32,000 bases of DNA from Nitratidesulfovibrio vulgaris str. Hildenborough (GCF_000195755.1 NC_002937.3:3150001-3182000), one strand, 5' to 3'; positions 16,018 to 25,304 are shown, counted from the first letter of the stretch. The notes: a model not told the origin generated them from the letters alone. Program-made: numbers and translations.

Positions 16018-17049
16018 ATGCCGTACACATCCCGCATGACCACAACCGCCATGACGCCGCCCTCCGCCCCTGCCGCCTGCACGCACGATTCAGGCACACA
16101 GCCCATCCATGCAGTGCCCGCCGCTGACAAGCCCGCCGCTGACACGCCCGCACACCCCGCGACTGACGGGGCGTACCGCCTGCTGGTCATGGGTCTTGCC
16201 GCAGGATACCACTACGGCGATGTGCGCCCTTTCGTCGCCTCGCTACGCGAAACGGGCTTCGCGGGGGACTGTACCCTTTTCGTCAGTCCCACCACCCGCG
16301 ACCTTGACCGCATCGCCGCGCATGATGTGGACTGCCGCACCATCGACCGGCAGACCGACTACGAAGCCTTGTCCCATCTGCCTTGGAACGCCTTGCGGTT
16401 CTTCATCTACAGGGACCATCTACGGCGTCTGCCCTCCCTTCCGGATGCCGTATTGCTCTGTGATGTGCGCGACATCATCTTCCAGTCCGACCCGGCTGCC
16501 CGGTTGTGGGGTACCGGTCTCTGCTGCACGCTGGAAGACAGACGCATGACCGTGGGCGACTGCCCCTACATGCGGCGCTGGATGTGCGGACACCTTGGCG
16601 AACCTGCATGGAACGCCATCGCGCACCACAACATCTCGTGTTCCGGCACGGTCGCCGGGGGTGCCAGCGCGGTGCTGTGCTACCTTGACGCCATGTGCGA
16701 CGCGCTGCTTCCCTTCATGCCCGGCCCCGGCATGGCGGGGTATGACCAGGGGGTGCACAATCACCTGCTGCGCAATGGCGCACTCGGCATCGCACGCCTC
16801 ACCGACAACAGCAGCGGGCCCATCCTCACCCTCGGGTACAAGACGACCATGCCGGAACGGGACAACGACGGCCGCATTCTGTGCGACGACGGCACGCCCG
16901 CGGTCATCGTGCACCAGTACGACAGAATGCCCGGACTCTTCGCAGACGTACGCGCACGCTATGCGCCGCCGCGACGCCCGCGCGAGACCCGGCGACCGCG
17001 CAAGACCGACCGGCAACGCCGCAGCGCACACGGCGACACCTCGGCCTGA
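16018..17049 (+). CDS. Hypothetical protein, possibly a GT-A-like nucleotide-sugar transferase fold; disordered N-terminus and very basic C-terminal tail
   Basis: Long high-GC3 ORF. The core has motifs I associate with nucleotide-diphospho-sugar transferases (WNALRFFIYRDHL, LLCDVRDIIFQSDP, ISCSGTVAG, GYDQGVHNHLL). No clear SD at ATG 16018, 16036 or 16189, so the start is uncertain. Tail PPRRPRETRRPRKTDRQRR. Confidence 0.6.
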   Translation: MPYTSRMTTTAMTPPSAPAACTHDSGTQPIHAVPAADKPAADTPAHPATDGAYRLLVMGLAAGYHYGDVRPFVASLRETGFAGDCTLFVSPTTRDLDRIAAHDVDCRTIDRQTDYEALSHLPWNALRFFIYRDHLRRLPSLPDAVLLCDVRDIIFQSDPAARLWGTGLCCTLEDRRMTVGDCPYMRRWMCGHLGEPAWNAIAHHNISCSGTVAGGASAVLCYLDAMCDALLPFMPGPGMAGYDQGVHNHLLRNGALGIARLTDNSSGPILTLGYKTTMPERDNDGRILCDDGTPAVIVHQYDRMPGLFADVRARYAPPRRPRETRRPRKTDRQRRSAHGDTSA

Positions 17050-17180
17050 CGCCCCCCGGACGAAAGCCCCCTGTCATCTGTCAACCCCTTGTCACCGGAC
17101 AGGCATTCTGCTGCAATGCCGCCAAGCCATGATGCAGCGCCCTTGCATCATGGCAGGGACACATTCGGGGGACACACTCA

Positions 17181-17882
17181 ATGGGCACACTCACTGACCG
17201 CCTTGCCACGTTGCGCGTGGCGGGCATCTTTTCGACGTCCGGCAACAAGGTGAACAGCCGGGGGACGTCGCGACATCAGGCCGGACGCATCTATCACGGC
17301 GCCCGTACCGTCGCTGCCGGGGTTCTTGAGATATGCACCCTTGTGGACGACATGCCCTACTCGGGCCCCATGCTCGAGGCACGGCGCATGGAGGCTCAAC
17401 GGTTTCTCGCCGTGGCCATGCCCGAACCAGCCTACCTGCTGCACCGCACCCTCCCGCGCCTTGACGACAGGCCCGAAGTGCAGGGCTATCCACGCACACG
17501 CGAGGACGTGGTGCGCGGTGCCTGCGGTCAGGCCCTGCTGTTCCTTGCCCACGGACGGGCGGATGCGGCACTGGCCCTGTATGATTTCCTGCTTGCCGAA
17601 GGCTGCGCCATCGAAGGCCAGAAGAGAATCATCAACGCCCTCGCCATGGAACTCCGCAAAGACGGCGAACCAGCCAAGGCACTGGCCTGTTTCGAGACAT
17701 TGCGCGACATCTTCGGCACCGACGAGAATCTGCACTGCAACATGGCACGCTGCTGCCTCGAAACGGGAGACCGGGCCGCCTGTTCCGTCCATGTGGCAGA
17801 GGCTTTGCGCATCAACCCCTACTGCGTGCCGGCCCTCCGTTTTGCGGAGTACCTGCGCACGCAGCGGTTCAGACAGGGCTGA
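17181..17882 (+). CDS. TPR-like repeat protein, function unknown
   Basis: 233 aa. GGGGGA lies 9 nt upstream of ATG 17181. GC3-rich frame. The C-terminal half reads as helical TPR-like repeats (AALALYDFLLAEG, INALAMELRKDGEPAKALACFETL, NMARCCLETGDRAACSVHVAEALRINP). The antisense ORF 17178..18059 has typical non-coding composition. Confidence 0.65.
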   Translation: MGTLTDRLATLRVAGIFSTSGNKVNSRGTSRHQAGRIYHGARTVAAGVLEICTLVDDMPYSGPMLEARRMEAQRFLAVAMPEPAYLLHRTLPRLDDRPEVQGYPRTREDVVRGACGQALLFLAHGRADAALALYDFLLAEGCAIEGQKRIINALAMELRKDGEPAKALACFETLRDIFGTDENLHCNMARCCLETGDRAACSVHVAEALRINPYCVPALRFAEYLRTQRFRQG

Positions 17883-18015
17883 ACAGGTCCCCGCAACGCC
17901 CTGCGGACTCCTTGCCGCAAAGGCAAAGTGCCGTAGGCCCCGGCCTGAAGGGCGGTCTGCATCAAGATGCAGACGCCGCGCCCCCTCACATATCGTGCAT
18001 GGTTGATGACACGCA

Positions 18016-18048
18016 CAGAAAGGGCACCGCAAAGCGGTGCCCTTTCTG
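18016..18048. terminator. Bidirectional terminator hairpin (15-bp perfect stem, AAA loop)
   Basis: CAGAAAGGGCACCGC (18016-18030) / AAA / GCGGTGCCCTTTCTG (18034-18048). The GC-rich core GGGCACCGC/GCGGTGCCC is followed by TTTCT on both strands. Sits between the convergent TPR gene (+) and the small ORF (-). Confidence 0.65.
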
Positions 18049-18134
18049 GCGGTTGCCAATACCCGGCAGCCATTCTTCCCAACTGACGGTGCCCACTCCC
18101 CAGCCCTACTCGAATATGCTGAAAAGCCCGGTCG

Positions 18135-18200
18135 CTACCATTCACGCGAGGCCGCGATGAGCACAAGCGCAAGCGCGAATGCCACAAAAAACCACAACAT
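18135..18200 (-). CDS. Candidate 21-aa hydrophobic small protein (MLWFFVAFALALVLIAASREW)
   Basis: I translated the minus strand by hand: ATG (18200-18198) ... TAG (18137-18135). GGAGG (complement of 18209-18213) lies 8 nt upstream. It encodes a single TM-like helix. The bidirectional terminator lies 86 nt downstream. No homology evidence is available to me. Confidence 0.3.
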   Translation of the reverse strand: MLWFFVAFALALVLIAASREW

Positions 18201-18342
18201 GCTTCCCCCCTCCATAAAAACACGATAGAACATCGCACTGTCGCGTGGAATGGGGGTTTTCCCTACCATCGGCTTCGCACAGGGCTGAATATTTTCATCG
18301 TGCCTCTGGCGCTCGAATCGCGGGCGATGTATTCTGGACGGT

Positions 18343-21210
18343 ATGGAGATGCGCACCCCGAAAAACCCCGGCGAAGGCCTCGCCCACCAGTCGTTGCTTC
18401 GTCTCGCACCGGGTGGCCCCATACTGGGCCCGGTGCTTTCGGCAATACGTATCCCGGCTTTCACGCTCGACAGCGACGGACTGGTCGTCTTCATGAACGA
18501 CCCCTTCCTCGACCTTGTGCTACGCCCTGCGGCAGACCTTCTCGGCAAGCCACTCTCCGTCGTCGTGCCCGCCATACATGCCCCTCTCGTGGCTCGGGCC
18601 GCGGCAGACATCCTTGCGGGAACGTGCGACGACCTTCTCCTGCCCGTCTCGGGGCAAGGCGGCACCGCCCTGCCCGTCCGTTTCAGGACGGTTCACGCCG
18701 TCGATGCCGAAGGGGCCCCTGTCTGCCACGCATTCGCCACCCATGCGCTGCCCAGACGGCATGACGAGAGCCTCCGCTATGCCGAATTGTTCCATCTCTG
18801 CCCCGTACCACTGTGGCAACAGGACGTGACAGAGGCACAGCAGGCCATCGACACACTGCGCACATCGGGCGTCCACGACCTGCGGGCCTATTTCGAGGCC
18901 CACCCCCACGTGCTTGCCGAATTCGCGCGGCGCATCCGCATCGTCGATGCCAACGAAACCGCCTCCGGGCTCTTCGCCGGATGCCGTGAAGACCTGCTCG
19001 ACCCCGACCTTTTCATGCGCCTCGGCATGCGCCAGTTCGTCATGGAACTACTTGTGATGCTCGCCTCGGGGGCTGACAGGCTTTCTGTGGAAGCGGCTTG
19101 CCGCGCCCTCGACGGTGGAGAACGCGCCCTGCAAATCGAAGCCCGCCTCATGCCCGGCTTCGGCCTGACTGGCATGAGAGTCATCGCCTGCGGCACCGAC
19201 ATCACCGAACGCAACCGCTCGCAGGCGGCCCTTGCCGACTTCCGCAACCTCGTCGAGGCCATGTCGGACAACATGATCGACATGCTCTGGGCCAAGGACA
19301 CGGAATGCCGCTATATCTTCGCCAACCGTGCCATCCGTGAGAACCTGCTGCACAGCGATGACGAAAGGGTGCTCGGCAGGACCGACCTCCACTTCGCCGA
19401 ACGCCAGAGGCATCTCGGGCACGAGCACACCTTCGGCGAACTCTGCATCGACAGCGACAGGGTGGTTCTGCAGACCCGCACCTCCGGAAGGTTTCGTGAG
19501 GACGGCAAGGTGCAGGGGCGCTACCTCATGCTCGACGTGCAGAAATCGCCACTCTACGACAGGCAGGGCAAACTGTTGGGCACCGTGGGCACGGGACGCG
19601 ACATCACCCTGCTCAAGGCGCAGGAAGACGCCTTGCTACGCAGCCAGCAACTGCTCAAGTGGACGGTGGAGGCATCCACCGACACCATCTGGCAGTACGA
19701 CGTGGTGCACGACCGGTTCCTGTGCAACAACAGGTGCCCCGGTCTGCTGGCGCTCTCCGACGCGGAAGATGAGTGCCACTGTCGCCACAGGGCCGACCCG
19801 GCCGACGCGGAACTGCTGCTGCACAACCTGCGTAACGGGCAGGGCGGGGACAAGGGTTTCAGCATGGAACTACGCCTTCGCGACGACGAAGGCGTGTGGC
19901 ACTGGATGTATTGCCGTGGCAAGGTGGTGGAATACGATGAGGAAGGCAGGCCCACGCTGGTCGTGGGAGCCAACACCGACATCACGGAGCGCAAACGGTT
20001 CGAGACCGAATTGCGACAGGCCCGCGATGATGCCGAAGCCGCCAACAAGGCCAAGAGCATCTTCCTCGCCAACATGAGCCACGAGATTCGCACTCCGCTG
20101 AACGGCGTGCTGGGCATGCTCCAGCTTCTTGAGGACGCCCCGCTCACTTCCGACCAGCAGGAGTTGCTGCATGTGGCAAGCCAGTCCAGCCGCAACCTGC
20201 TCACCGTCATCAACGACATTCTCGACTTCACCCGCCTTGGTTCGGTGGCCCCCTCCTTCGCCTCCGACCCCTTCGACGCAGCTGGCGCCCTGTACACCGT
20301 GCGCGACACCCTCGCCACGGGCGCGAAGGACAAGGACATCCGGATTGAGACAGACATATCGCCCAATGTGCCCCCCCTGCTCATCGGCGATGTGACCCGC
20401 TTCAGGCAGATTCTCTTCAATCTTGTGGGCAATGCGGTGAAATTCACCCAGCAGGGAACCGTGCGCATCTCGCTGCACGGTCTCGAACGGCACAGCCCCG
20501 CCGGGGCGTTGCGAATGCTGCTCATGGTGGAGGATTCGGGGATAGGCATCCCGCAAGACATGCTGGGCAACGTCTTCGAACCGTTCTTCCAGGTCGACGG
20601 CTCATACCGCCGCCGCTACCCCGGTACCGGTCTGGGCCTTGGCATCGTCCGCAGCCTCGTGCACGGCATGGGTGGCACCATCGCCATCGACAGCGAAGAG
20701 GGGGCGGGTACGACCATCGCCTGTACGCTCATGTTCGGACGTATCGAGAAGACGCCGGAAGGTGTGACAGAGGGATTCGAGACCGGGGCTGGACTGAAGG
20801 TGCTTGTCGTCGAAGACGACCACATCAGCAGGGTCGCCGCCAGCCGGATGCTCGAACGGCTGGGACATTACCCCGTCGTGGCATCATCGGCGGTGGAAGG
20901 CATCGCCATGCTGCGACAGCAGACGTTCGACTGCGTCCTCATGGACATCCAGATGCCGGAGATGGACGGCCTCGAACTGACTGAAGCCCTGCGTTCGGGG
21001 CTCGTGCCGGGAGTGGAGGACATCCCCGTGCTGGCGCTCACCGCCCACGTTCTCACCGAGGAACGGCGCGACTTCATGAGTCGGGGGATTTCGGGCTATC
21101 TGGCGAAGCCGCTGGAGATGGACATCCTCGCCAAGGCGCTGACGCAGATACCCCCCGGCGGCAAGGGACACGCCGCCATCATAGCAAGGGCCGACACATC
21201 GCCCATCTGA
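18343..21210 (+). CDS. Cytoplasmic multi-PAS hybrid sensor histidine kinase (PAS x3-4, HisKA, HATPase_c, receiver)
   Basis: 955 aa with no obvious TM segment. Repeated PAS/PAC-like blocks (e.g. GTDITERNRSQAAL, GTGRDITLLKAQEDAL, GANTDITERKRFETEL). H-box FLANMSHEIRTPLNGVLG. N/G boxes LFNLVGNAVKFT, DSGIGIP, GTGLGLGIV. Receiver KVLVVEDDHISR...VLMDIQMPEMDG...LALTAH...YLAKP. Confidence 0.92.
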   Translation: MEMRTPKNPGEGLAHQSLLRLAPGGPILGPVLSAIRIPAFTLDSDGLVVFMNDPFLDLVLRPAADLLGKPLSVVVPAIHAPLVARAAADILAGTCDDLLLPVSGQGGTALPVRFRTVHAVDAEGAPVCHAFATHALPRRHDESLRYAELFHLCPVPLWQQDVTEAQQAIDTLRTSGVHDLRAYFEAHPHVLAEFARRIRIVDANETASGLFAGCREDLLDPDLFMRLGMRQFVMELLVMLASGADRLSVEAACRALDGGERALQIEARLMPGFGLTGMRVIACGTDITERNRSQAALADFRNLVEAMSDNMIDMLWAKDTECRYIFANRAIRENLLHSDDERVLGRTDLHFAERQRHLGHEHTFGELCIDSDRVVLQTRTSGRFREDGKVQGRYLMLDVQKSPLYDRQGKLLGTVGTGRDITLLKAQEDALLRSQQLLKWTVEASTDTIWQYDVVHDRFLCNNRCPGLLALSDAEDECHCRHRADPADAELLLHNLRNGQGGDKGFSMELRLRDDEGVWHWMYCRGKVVEYDEEGRPTLVVGANTDITERKRFETELRQARDDAEAANKAKSIFLANMSHEIRTPLNGVLGMLQLLEDAPLTSDQQELLHVASQSSRNLLTVINDILDFTRLGSVAPSFASDPFDAAGALYTVRDTLATGAKDKDIRIETDISPNVPPLLIGDVTRFRQILFNLVGNAVKFTQQGTVRISLHGLERHSPAGALRMLLMVEDSGIGIPQDMLGNVFEPFFQVDGSYRRRYPGTGLGLGIVRSLVHGMGGTIAIDSEEGAGTTIACTLMFGRIEKTPEGVTEGFETGAGLKVLVVEDDHISRVAASRMLERLGHYPVVASSAVEGIAMLRQQTFDCVLMDIQMPEMDGLELTEALRSGLVPGVEDIPVLALTAHVLTEERRDFMSRGISGYLAKPLEMDILAKALTQIPPGGKGHAAIIARADTSPI

Positions 21211-21426
21211 CGTCTCCGGACACGCGACCCTGAGCGCACAACCACCTCGCATGTCGAGACGGACGCGCTGACGTATGGTCACACGCGCGTGGCGCATGGC
21301 CTTCCTTTCGCCCGCATGTTCCGGGGCTGGTGCCCGTCTCAGGTGTGCCGCAGCAGGCGTCCGCCCTGCGCGCTCTTCTGCAGGGTTGCGACCGGCATAC
21401 ACCACGGCCCGAAGTCGGCGCGGTGT

Positions 21427-22533
21427 TCAGACCCCGGCAGATTGCAGGCTACGACGCACCGCCCCCGCCTGCTCACGATAGATGTCGAGGTGGGCAGCCG
21501 CCAGCCGTTCCGGTGTACGCCGCAGGACCTCGGCACGACCTCCCGCCACAAGCCCCGCAGCCATCGCGCCGTCTCCGGCGACATCACGCGCAAGACGCGC
21601 CATGACCGCAGCCAGTGCATCGGCGTCCCCCACGGGAACCAGCAAGCCGGTCTCGTCATGCCGCACCATGCCCGTATGCACATCAAGAGACGAGGCGACG
21701 GCAGGAAGCCCCACACACCATGCGGCACGTATGGCATCGGCCCCATGCTCACCGTCCAGCGACGGGGCCAGCAGCACGTCGGCATCAGGCAGGATGCGCC
21801 GTTCGTCCTGCGTTCCCAGCATGGCGAGATGCGTGTCCACCCCCGTCTGCCGTGCCGTAGCGAGCAGGGACGCAAAGTCGGGGCCATCGCCCACCAGCCT
21901 CACCTCCCACTCCGGCAAGCCCGGCATGGTCGCAAGCAGACGCATGGCCGCAAGCACGATGCCGTGGCCCGATGACGCCGCAAGCGGCGCATCGACCACG
22001 AAGACGCAACGACCATCGCCCCTCGGACGTCGAGGGGCGTAGTGCCCGGCGTCCACGGCAGGGGAGACGGCAAACAGACGCGAACGTGGCACACCGTGCC
22101 GTTCGAGGCGGTCGCAGACCATCTCGCCGTGGCACAGCACGGCGTCAGCATGACGGCAGACCCGTTCGACATGACGCGCCGCATCCCCGCCCACCACGCG
22201 CCATGTCTGCACCGTGCGGCAACGCCCCCCGGACAGCCGTTTCAGTTGACGAACCAGTGCGGCAGACGCGGTGTCGCAGCAGTGCAGCACAAAGGCCTCG
22301 CGACTCCGGACGGCACGCACGAGACGCATCAGCGTCAGGGGCTTGCCCGTCAGGCCGCCCACGGGCAACACGGGCACATCGACACTCCGGGCCTCGCGTT
22401 CGAGAAATCCCCCGGCGGTGCAGACGAGCGTCACATCTCCGGCCGTCCCTGCAGAGAGATCACGGGCCAGAAGGAACGTCTGCCGCACACTGGCGGGGCA
22501 GGATTCGTCGAAATGGAACAACAGGATGTGCAT
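21427..22533 (-). CDS. Glycosyltransferase, group 1 (GT4/GT-B fold)
   Basis: 368 aa. N-terminus MHILLFHFDESCPASV. C-terminal GT1 signature LLAPSLDGEHGADAIRAAWCVGLPAVASSLDVHTGMVRHDETGLLVPVGDADALA. Confidence 0.85.
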   Translation of the reverse strand: MHILLFHFDESCPASVRQTFLLARDLSAGTAGDVTLVCTAGGFLEREARSVDVPVLPVGGLTGKPLTLMRLVRAVRSREAFVLHCCDTASAALVRQLKRLSGGRCRTVQTWRVVGGDAARHVERVCRHADAVLCHGEMVCDRLERHGVPRSRLFAVSPAVDAGHYAPRRPRGDGRCVFVVDAPLAASSGHGIVLAAMRLLATMPGLPEWEVRLVGDGPDFASLLATARQTGVDTHLAMLGTQDERRILPDADVLLAPSLDGEHGADAIRAAWCVGLPAVASSLDVHTGMVRHDETGLLVPVGDADALAAVMARLARDVAGDGAMAAGLVAGGRAEVLRRTPERLAAAHLDIYREQAGAVRRSLQSAGV

Positions 22534-23002
22534 TGGGATGCCACCGCCTCAAGAACTTCATTGCGCCGACGATACGGTGCTGCCCGTCGCCAAGCGTTAC
22601 ACGGCGTACGCAGGCCCGACCGGCAGACCCGGCAGTCACGGCCGACAAGCATCACTGACCGGCCCATGTCACAGGCCGGCGAACATCGGCACGAACACCC
22701 CATGCCGCCCATATGCCACAGGGATTCCGCCAGCCTTTGCTCCATCTCCGACACCCTTCACAGGGCACACCACACATGAACGCCCCCAAGGCCGCCTCTT
22801 TCGGGACAGGCGAAGCAGCCCTGGAGTTGCCCCCCCCGGAATGATACGACCGGGAAGCGCAGCCCCATGATGGAGCCCCCCGGCTAACAGGTGTCGGCCC
22901 ACGGGCCCGCGGGTACAGAGCCCCGTATTACGGCCCCGGACGATGGTTCCGGGTACGACCAGCCGGGGCACCCGGCGGCATCCCGGACGCATTCCCACCC
23001 CT

Positions 23003-23950
23003 TCAGCCGAGGAACGGTGTGCCGCTGGCCAGAAGGTCGGCCTGCAACAGCGCTCGCAACCGGGCCGAAACCGGGCCGGGTCTGCCGTCGCCCACCGGTC
23101 GCCCTTCGAACGCCACCACACCCACGCAATCGCTGCTGGTTCCAAGCACCAGCACCTCACGTGCAGCGTACAGGTCGTCTTCGCGCACCTTGCGAAACGT
23201 CACGGGCATCTCGCCCTGTGCCAGTTCCATGGCCCGCAGTACCGTCGTACCAGCGAGCGCGTTGCTGAACTCCGGCACCACCAGCGCGCCCTGCGCGTCG
23301 ACCAGCGCCACGTTGGCGATGGCGGCCTCGGCGAGGAACCCCTCCTCGTCGAAGCTGAACGCCACATCCATGCCGCGCTGATGCGCCTCGCGGGTCATGA
23401 ACACGTTGGGCAGATAGTTGGCGTTCTTGATGCGGGCCAGATACCCCTGCTTGGCCGGAATGGCGCTACGGAAGGCAGTGAGCCCCTTGGCGTACCATGC
23501 CTCGTCCTTGGGGGTGAACTTGTAGGCCGCCACATACAGGCTGGCTTCGGGACACTCGGCAGGGTCGATGCCGAAGCCGCCCGGCCCGCGCCCCACCAGA
23601 ACCCGCAACATGCCACATTCGCACCCCGAGGCCCGTGCCACGTCGATGACGACCTCACGGAGGGCATCCCATGTGCAGGGTGGTTCCAGATACAGCCCCT
23701 CGGCGGAACGGGCCATGCGCTCAAGGTGCGCCTCAAGCTGGTAGATGCGCCCGTGTTCGTACTTCATGCTCTCGAAGATACCGTCGCCCCGGTGGGCGAG
23801 GTGGTCGTCGAGGGGCATGAGCATCAGCTTCGGGTCATGGCAGATGGCCCCTACCCGGTGCTCGTAGAAGGCGAGAATGCTGCCCGAACCCGGGCGGTCG
23901 ACGGAGAGAAGGCGTTCGAGGTAGGCGGTACGGTCGAGAACGGGTGGCAT
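23003..23950 (-). CDS. Class IV (fold type IV) PLP aminotransferase/lyase (branched-chain / D-amino-acid / ADC-lyase family)
   Basis: 315 aa from ATG 23950, with AGGAG 9 nt upstream. The 48-codon extension to 24094 is low-complexity and rejected. Motifs HRGDGIFESMKY, YVAAYKF, NANYLPNVFMTREAHQRGMDVAFSFDEEGFLAEAAIANVALV, LAGTTVLRAMELA fit the family. Substrate cannot be assigned. Confidence 0.85.
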   Translation of the reverse strand: MPPVLDRTAYLERLLSVDRPGSGSILAFYEHRVGAICHDPKLMLMPLDDHLAHRGDGIFESMKYEHGRIYQLEAHLERMARSAEGLYLEPPCTWDALREVVIDVARASGCECGMLRVLVGRGPGGFGIDPAECPEASLYVAAYKFTPKDEAWYAKGLTAFRSAIPAKQGYLARIKNANYLPNVFMTREAHQRGMDVAFSFDEEGFLAEAAIANVALVDAQGALVVPEFSNALAGTTVLRAMELAQGEMPVTFRKVREDDLYAAREVLVLGTSSDCVGVVAFEGRPVGDGRPGPVSARLRALLQADLLASGTPFLG

Positions 23951-24177
23951 GAGGCACGCTCCTGCCCGCCGGAGGCGGGCCAGTGAACCGGCGCGTCGCG
24001 CCGTCCCGGGAGTCGGCTGACCGGGTGCGCCTCCCGCATCATCGGGCAGCAGCCACGAGGGTACGAGGGATACGGCACCGCCGGTGCTGACCACGGGGGG
24101 TGGCGCGTCGGACTGTCCATGCCCCGCGCGGCGACCTCGGCAGAAGAGCCGAAGGGCCAGCCTCGCGGGACGGGGAG

Positions 24178-24201
24178 GCCGGGGGACCGCAGTCCCCCGG
24201 C
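24178..24201 (-). terminator. GC-rich hairpin immediately after the asd stop (candidate terminator, no U-tract)
   Basis: GCCGGGGGAC (24178-24187) / CGCA / GTCCCCCGGC (24192-24201). 10-bp perfect stem, 7 nt from the asd stop codon. Confidence 0.4.
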
Positions 24202-24208
24202 CCGGTCA

Positions 24209-25258
24209 TCACTTCAAGAAGACCGTGGTGTCGCGCACGGCGACGAGGTCGCGGTCGATGAGCTCTTCGGCTATCTGCACGGCATTGAGGGCCGCACCCT
24301 TGCGGATGTTGTCCGCCACGATCCAGAGGTTGAGGCCGTTCTCGATGGTCTCGTCCTCGCGGATGCGTCCCACGAAGGTGGCGTCCTCGCCTGCGGCGTC
24401 GATGGGCATGGGGTACATCTTCTGGCCGGGGTTGTCGTACACCTGCACACCGGGGGCCTGACTGAGGATGGCGCGGGCGTCGCGGGCGGTGAGCTTCTTC
24501 TCCGTCTCGATGTTCACCGATTCGGAATGGCCGTAGAAGACGGGCACACGCACGCAGGTGGCGGTGACCTTCACGGACGGGTCGTCCATGATCTTCACCG
24601 TCTCGTGCACCATCTTCATCTCTTCCTTGGTGTAGTCGTTGTCGAGGAAGACATCGATGTGCGGCAGGCAGTTGAAGGCGATGCGGTGCGGGTAGACCTG
24701 CACCTCGGGCTCCATCATGTTGAACATCTGCCGTACCTGACGGTCGAGTTCGTCGATGGCCTTCTGCCCCGTGCCGGATACGGCCTGATAGGTGGATACG
24801 ATCACGCGCTTGATGCGGGCGGCGTCGTGCAGGGGCTTGAGGGCCACCACCATCTGGATGGTCGAGCAGTTGGGGTTGGCGATGATACCGTTGTGCGCTT
24901 CGAGATGATGGGGGTTCACCTCGGGCACGACCAGCGGGCACCGGGCGTCCATGCGCCATGCGCTGGAGTTGTCGATGACCACGCACCCGGCCTTGGCGGC
25001 ATGGGGGGCGAACTTCTCGGAGGTGGAACCACCTGCCGAGAAGAGGGCGATGTCGATGCCCGTGAAACAGTCTTCGGTGAGTTCGCGCACGGTGAGCTCA
25101 CCATCACGGAACGGAACCTTGCTCCCGGCGGAACGTGCAGAGGCGAAGGGAATCACCTCGGCAGCCGGAAAATCGCGCCCTTCGAGGGTCTTGAGCATCT
25201 CGCGTCCCACCGCGCCGGTGGCTCCGACGACGGCGACGACCAGTCTTTCCTTGGACAT
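24209..25258 (-). CDS. asd: Aspartate-semialdehyde dehydrogenase
   Basis: 349 aa. AAGGAG upstream. VAVVGATGAVGREM (NAD(P) binding), IDNSSAWRMD, active-site IANPNCSTIQMV, STYQAVSGTG, RVPVFYGHSESV. Confidence 0.95.
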   Translation of the reverse strand: MSKERLVVAVVGATGAVGREMLKTLEGRDFPAAEVIPFASARSAGSKVPFRDGELTVRELTEDCFTGIDIALFSAGGSTSEKFAPHAAKAGCVVIDNSSAWRMDARCPLVVPEVNPHHLEAHNGIIANPNCSTIQMVVALKPLHDAARIKRVIVSTYQAVSGTGQKAIDELDRQVRQMFNMMEPEVQVYPHRIAFNCLPHIDVFLDNDYTKEEMKMVHETVKIMDDPSVKVTATCVRVPVFYGHSESVNIETEKKLTARDARAILSQAPGVQVYDNPGQKMYPMPIDAAGEDATFVGRIREDETIENGLNLWIVADNIRKGAALNAVQIAEELIDRDLVAVRDTTVFLK

Positions 25259-25304
25259 CTCTTACTCCTTGTGATGCGTCGCGGCCCGCGAGTCGCGCCG
25301 CCCG

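Noticed and set aside
17178-18059. 293-aa minus-strand ORF opposite the TPR gene
   Set aside because: The plus-strand frame has an SD, high GC3 and helical-repeat sequence. The minus ORF runs through the bidirectional terminator and has antisense-type composition.
22669-23160. 163-aa minus-strand ORF in the large gap, overlapping the aminotransferase 3' end
   Set aside because: It is Arg/Gly/Pro/Trp/Cys-rich with no SD, and it overlaps a well-supported gene out of frame. It is not credible as coding.
23951-24094. 48-codon N-terminal extension of the class IV aminotransferase
   Set aside because: It is low-complexity (Gly/Pro/Ala/Arg) and has no SD. ATG 23950 has AGGAG upstream and yields a family-typical length of 315 aa.
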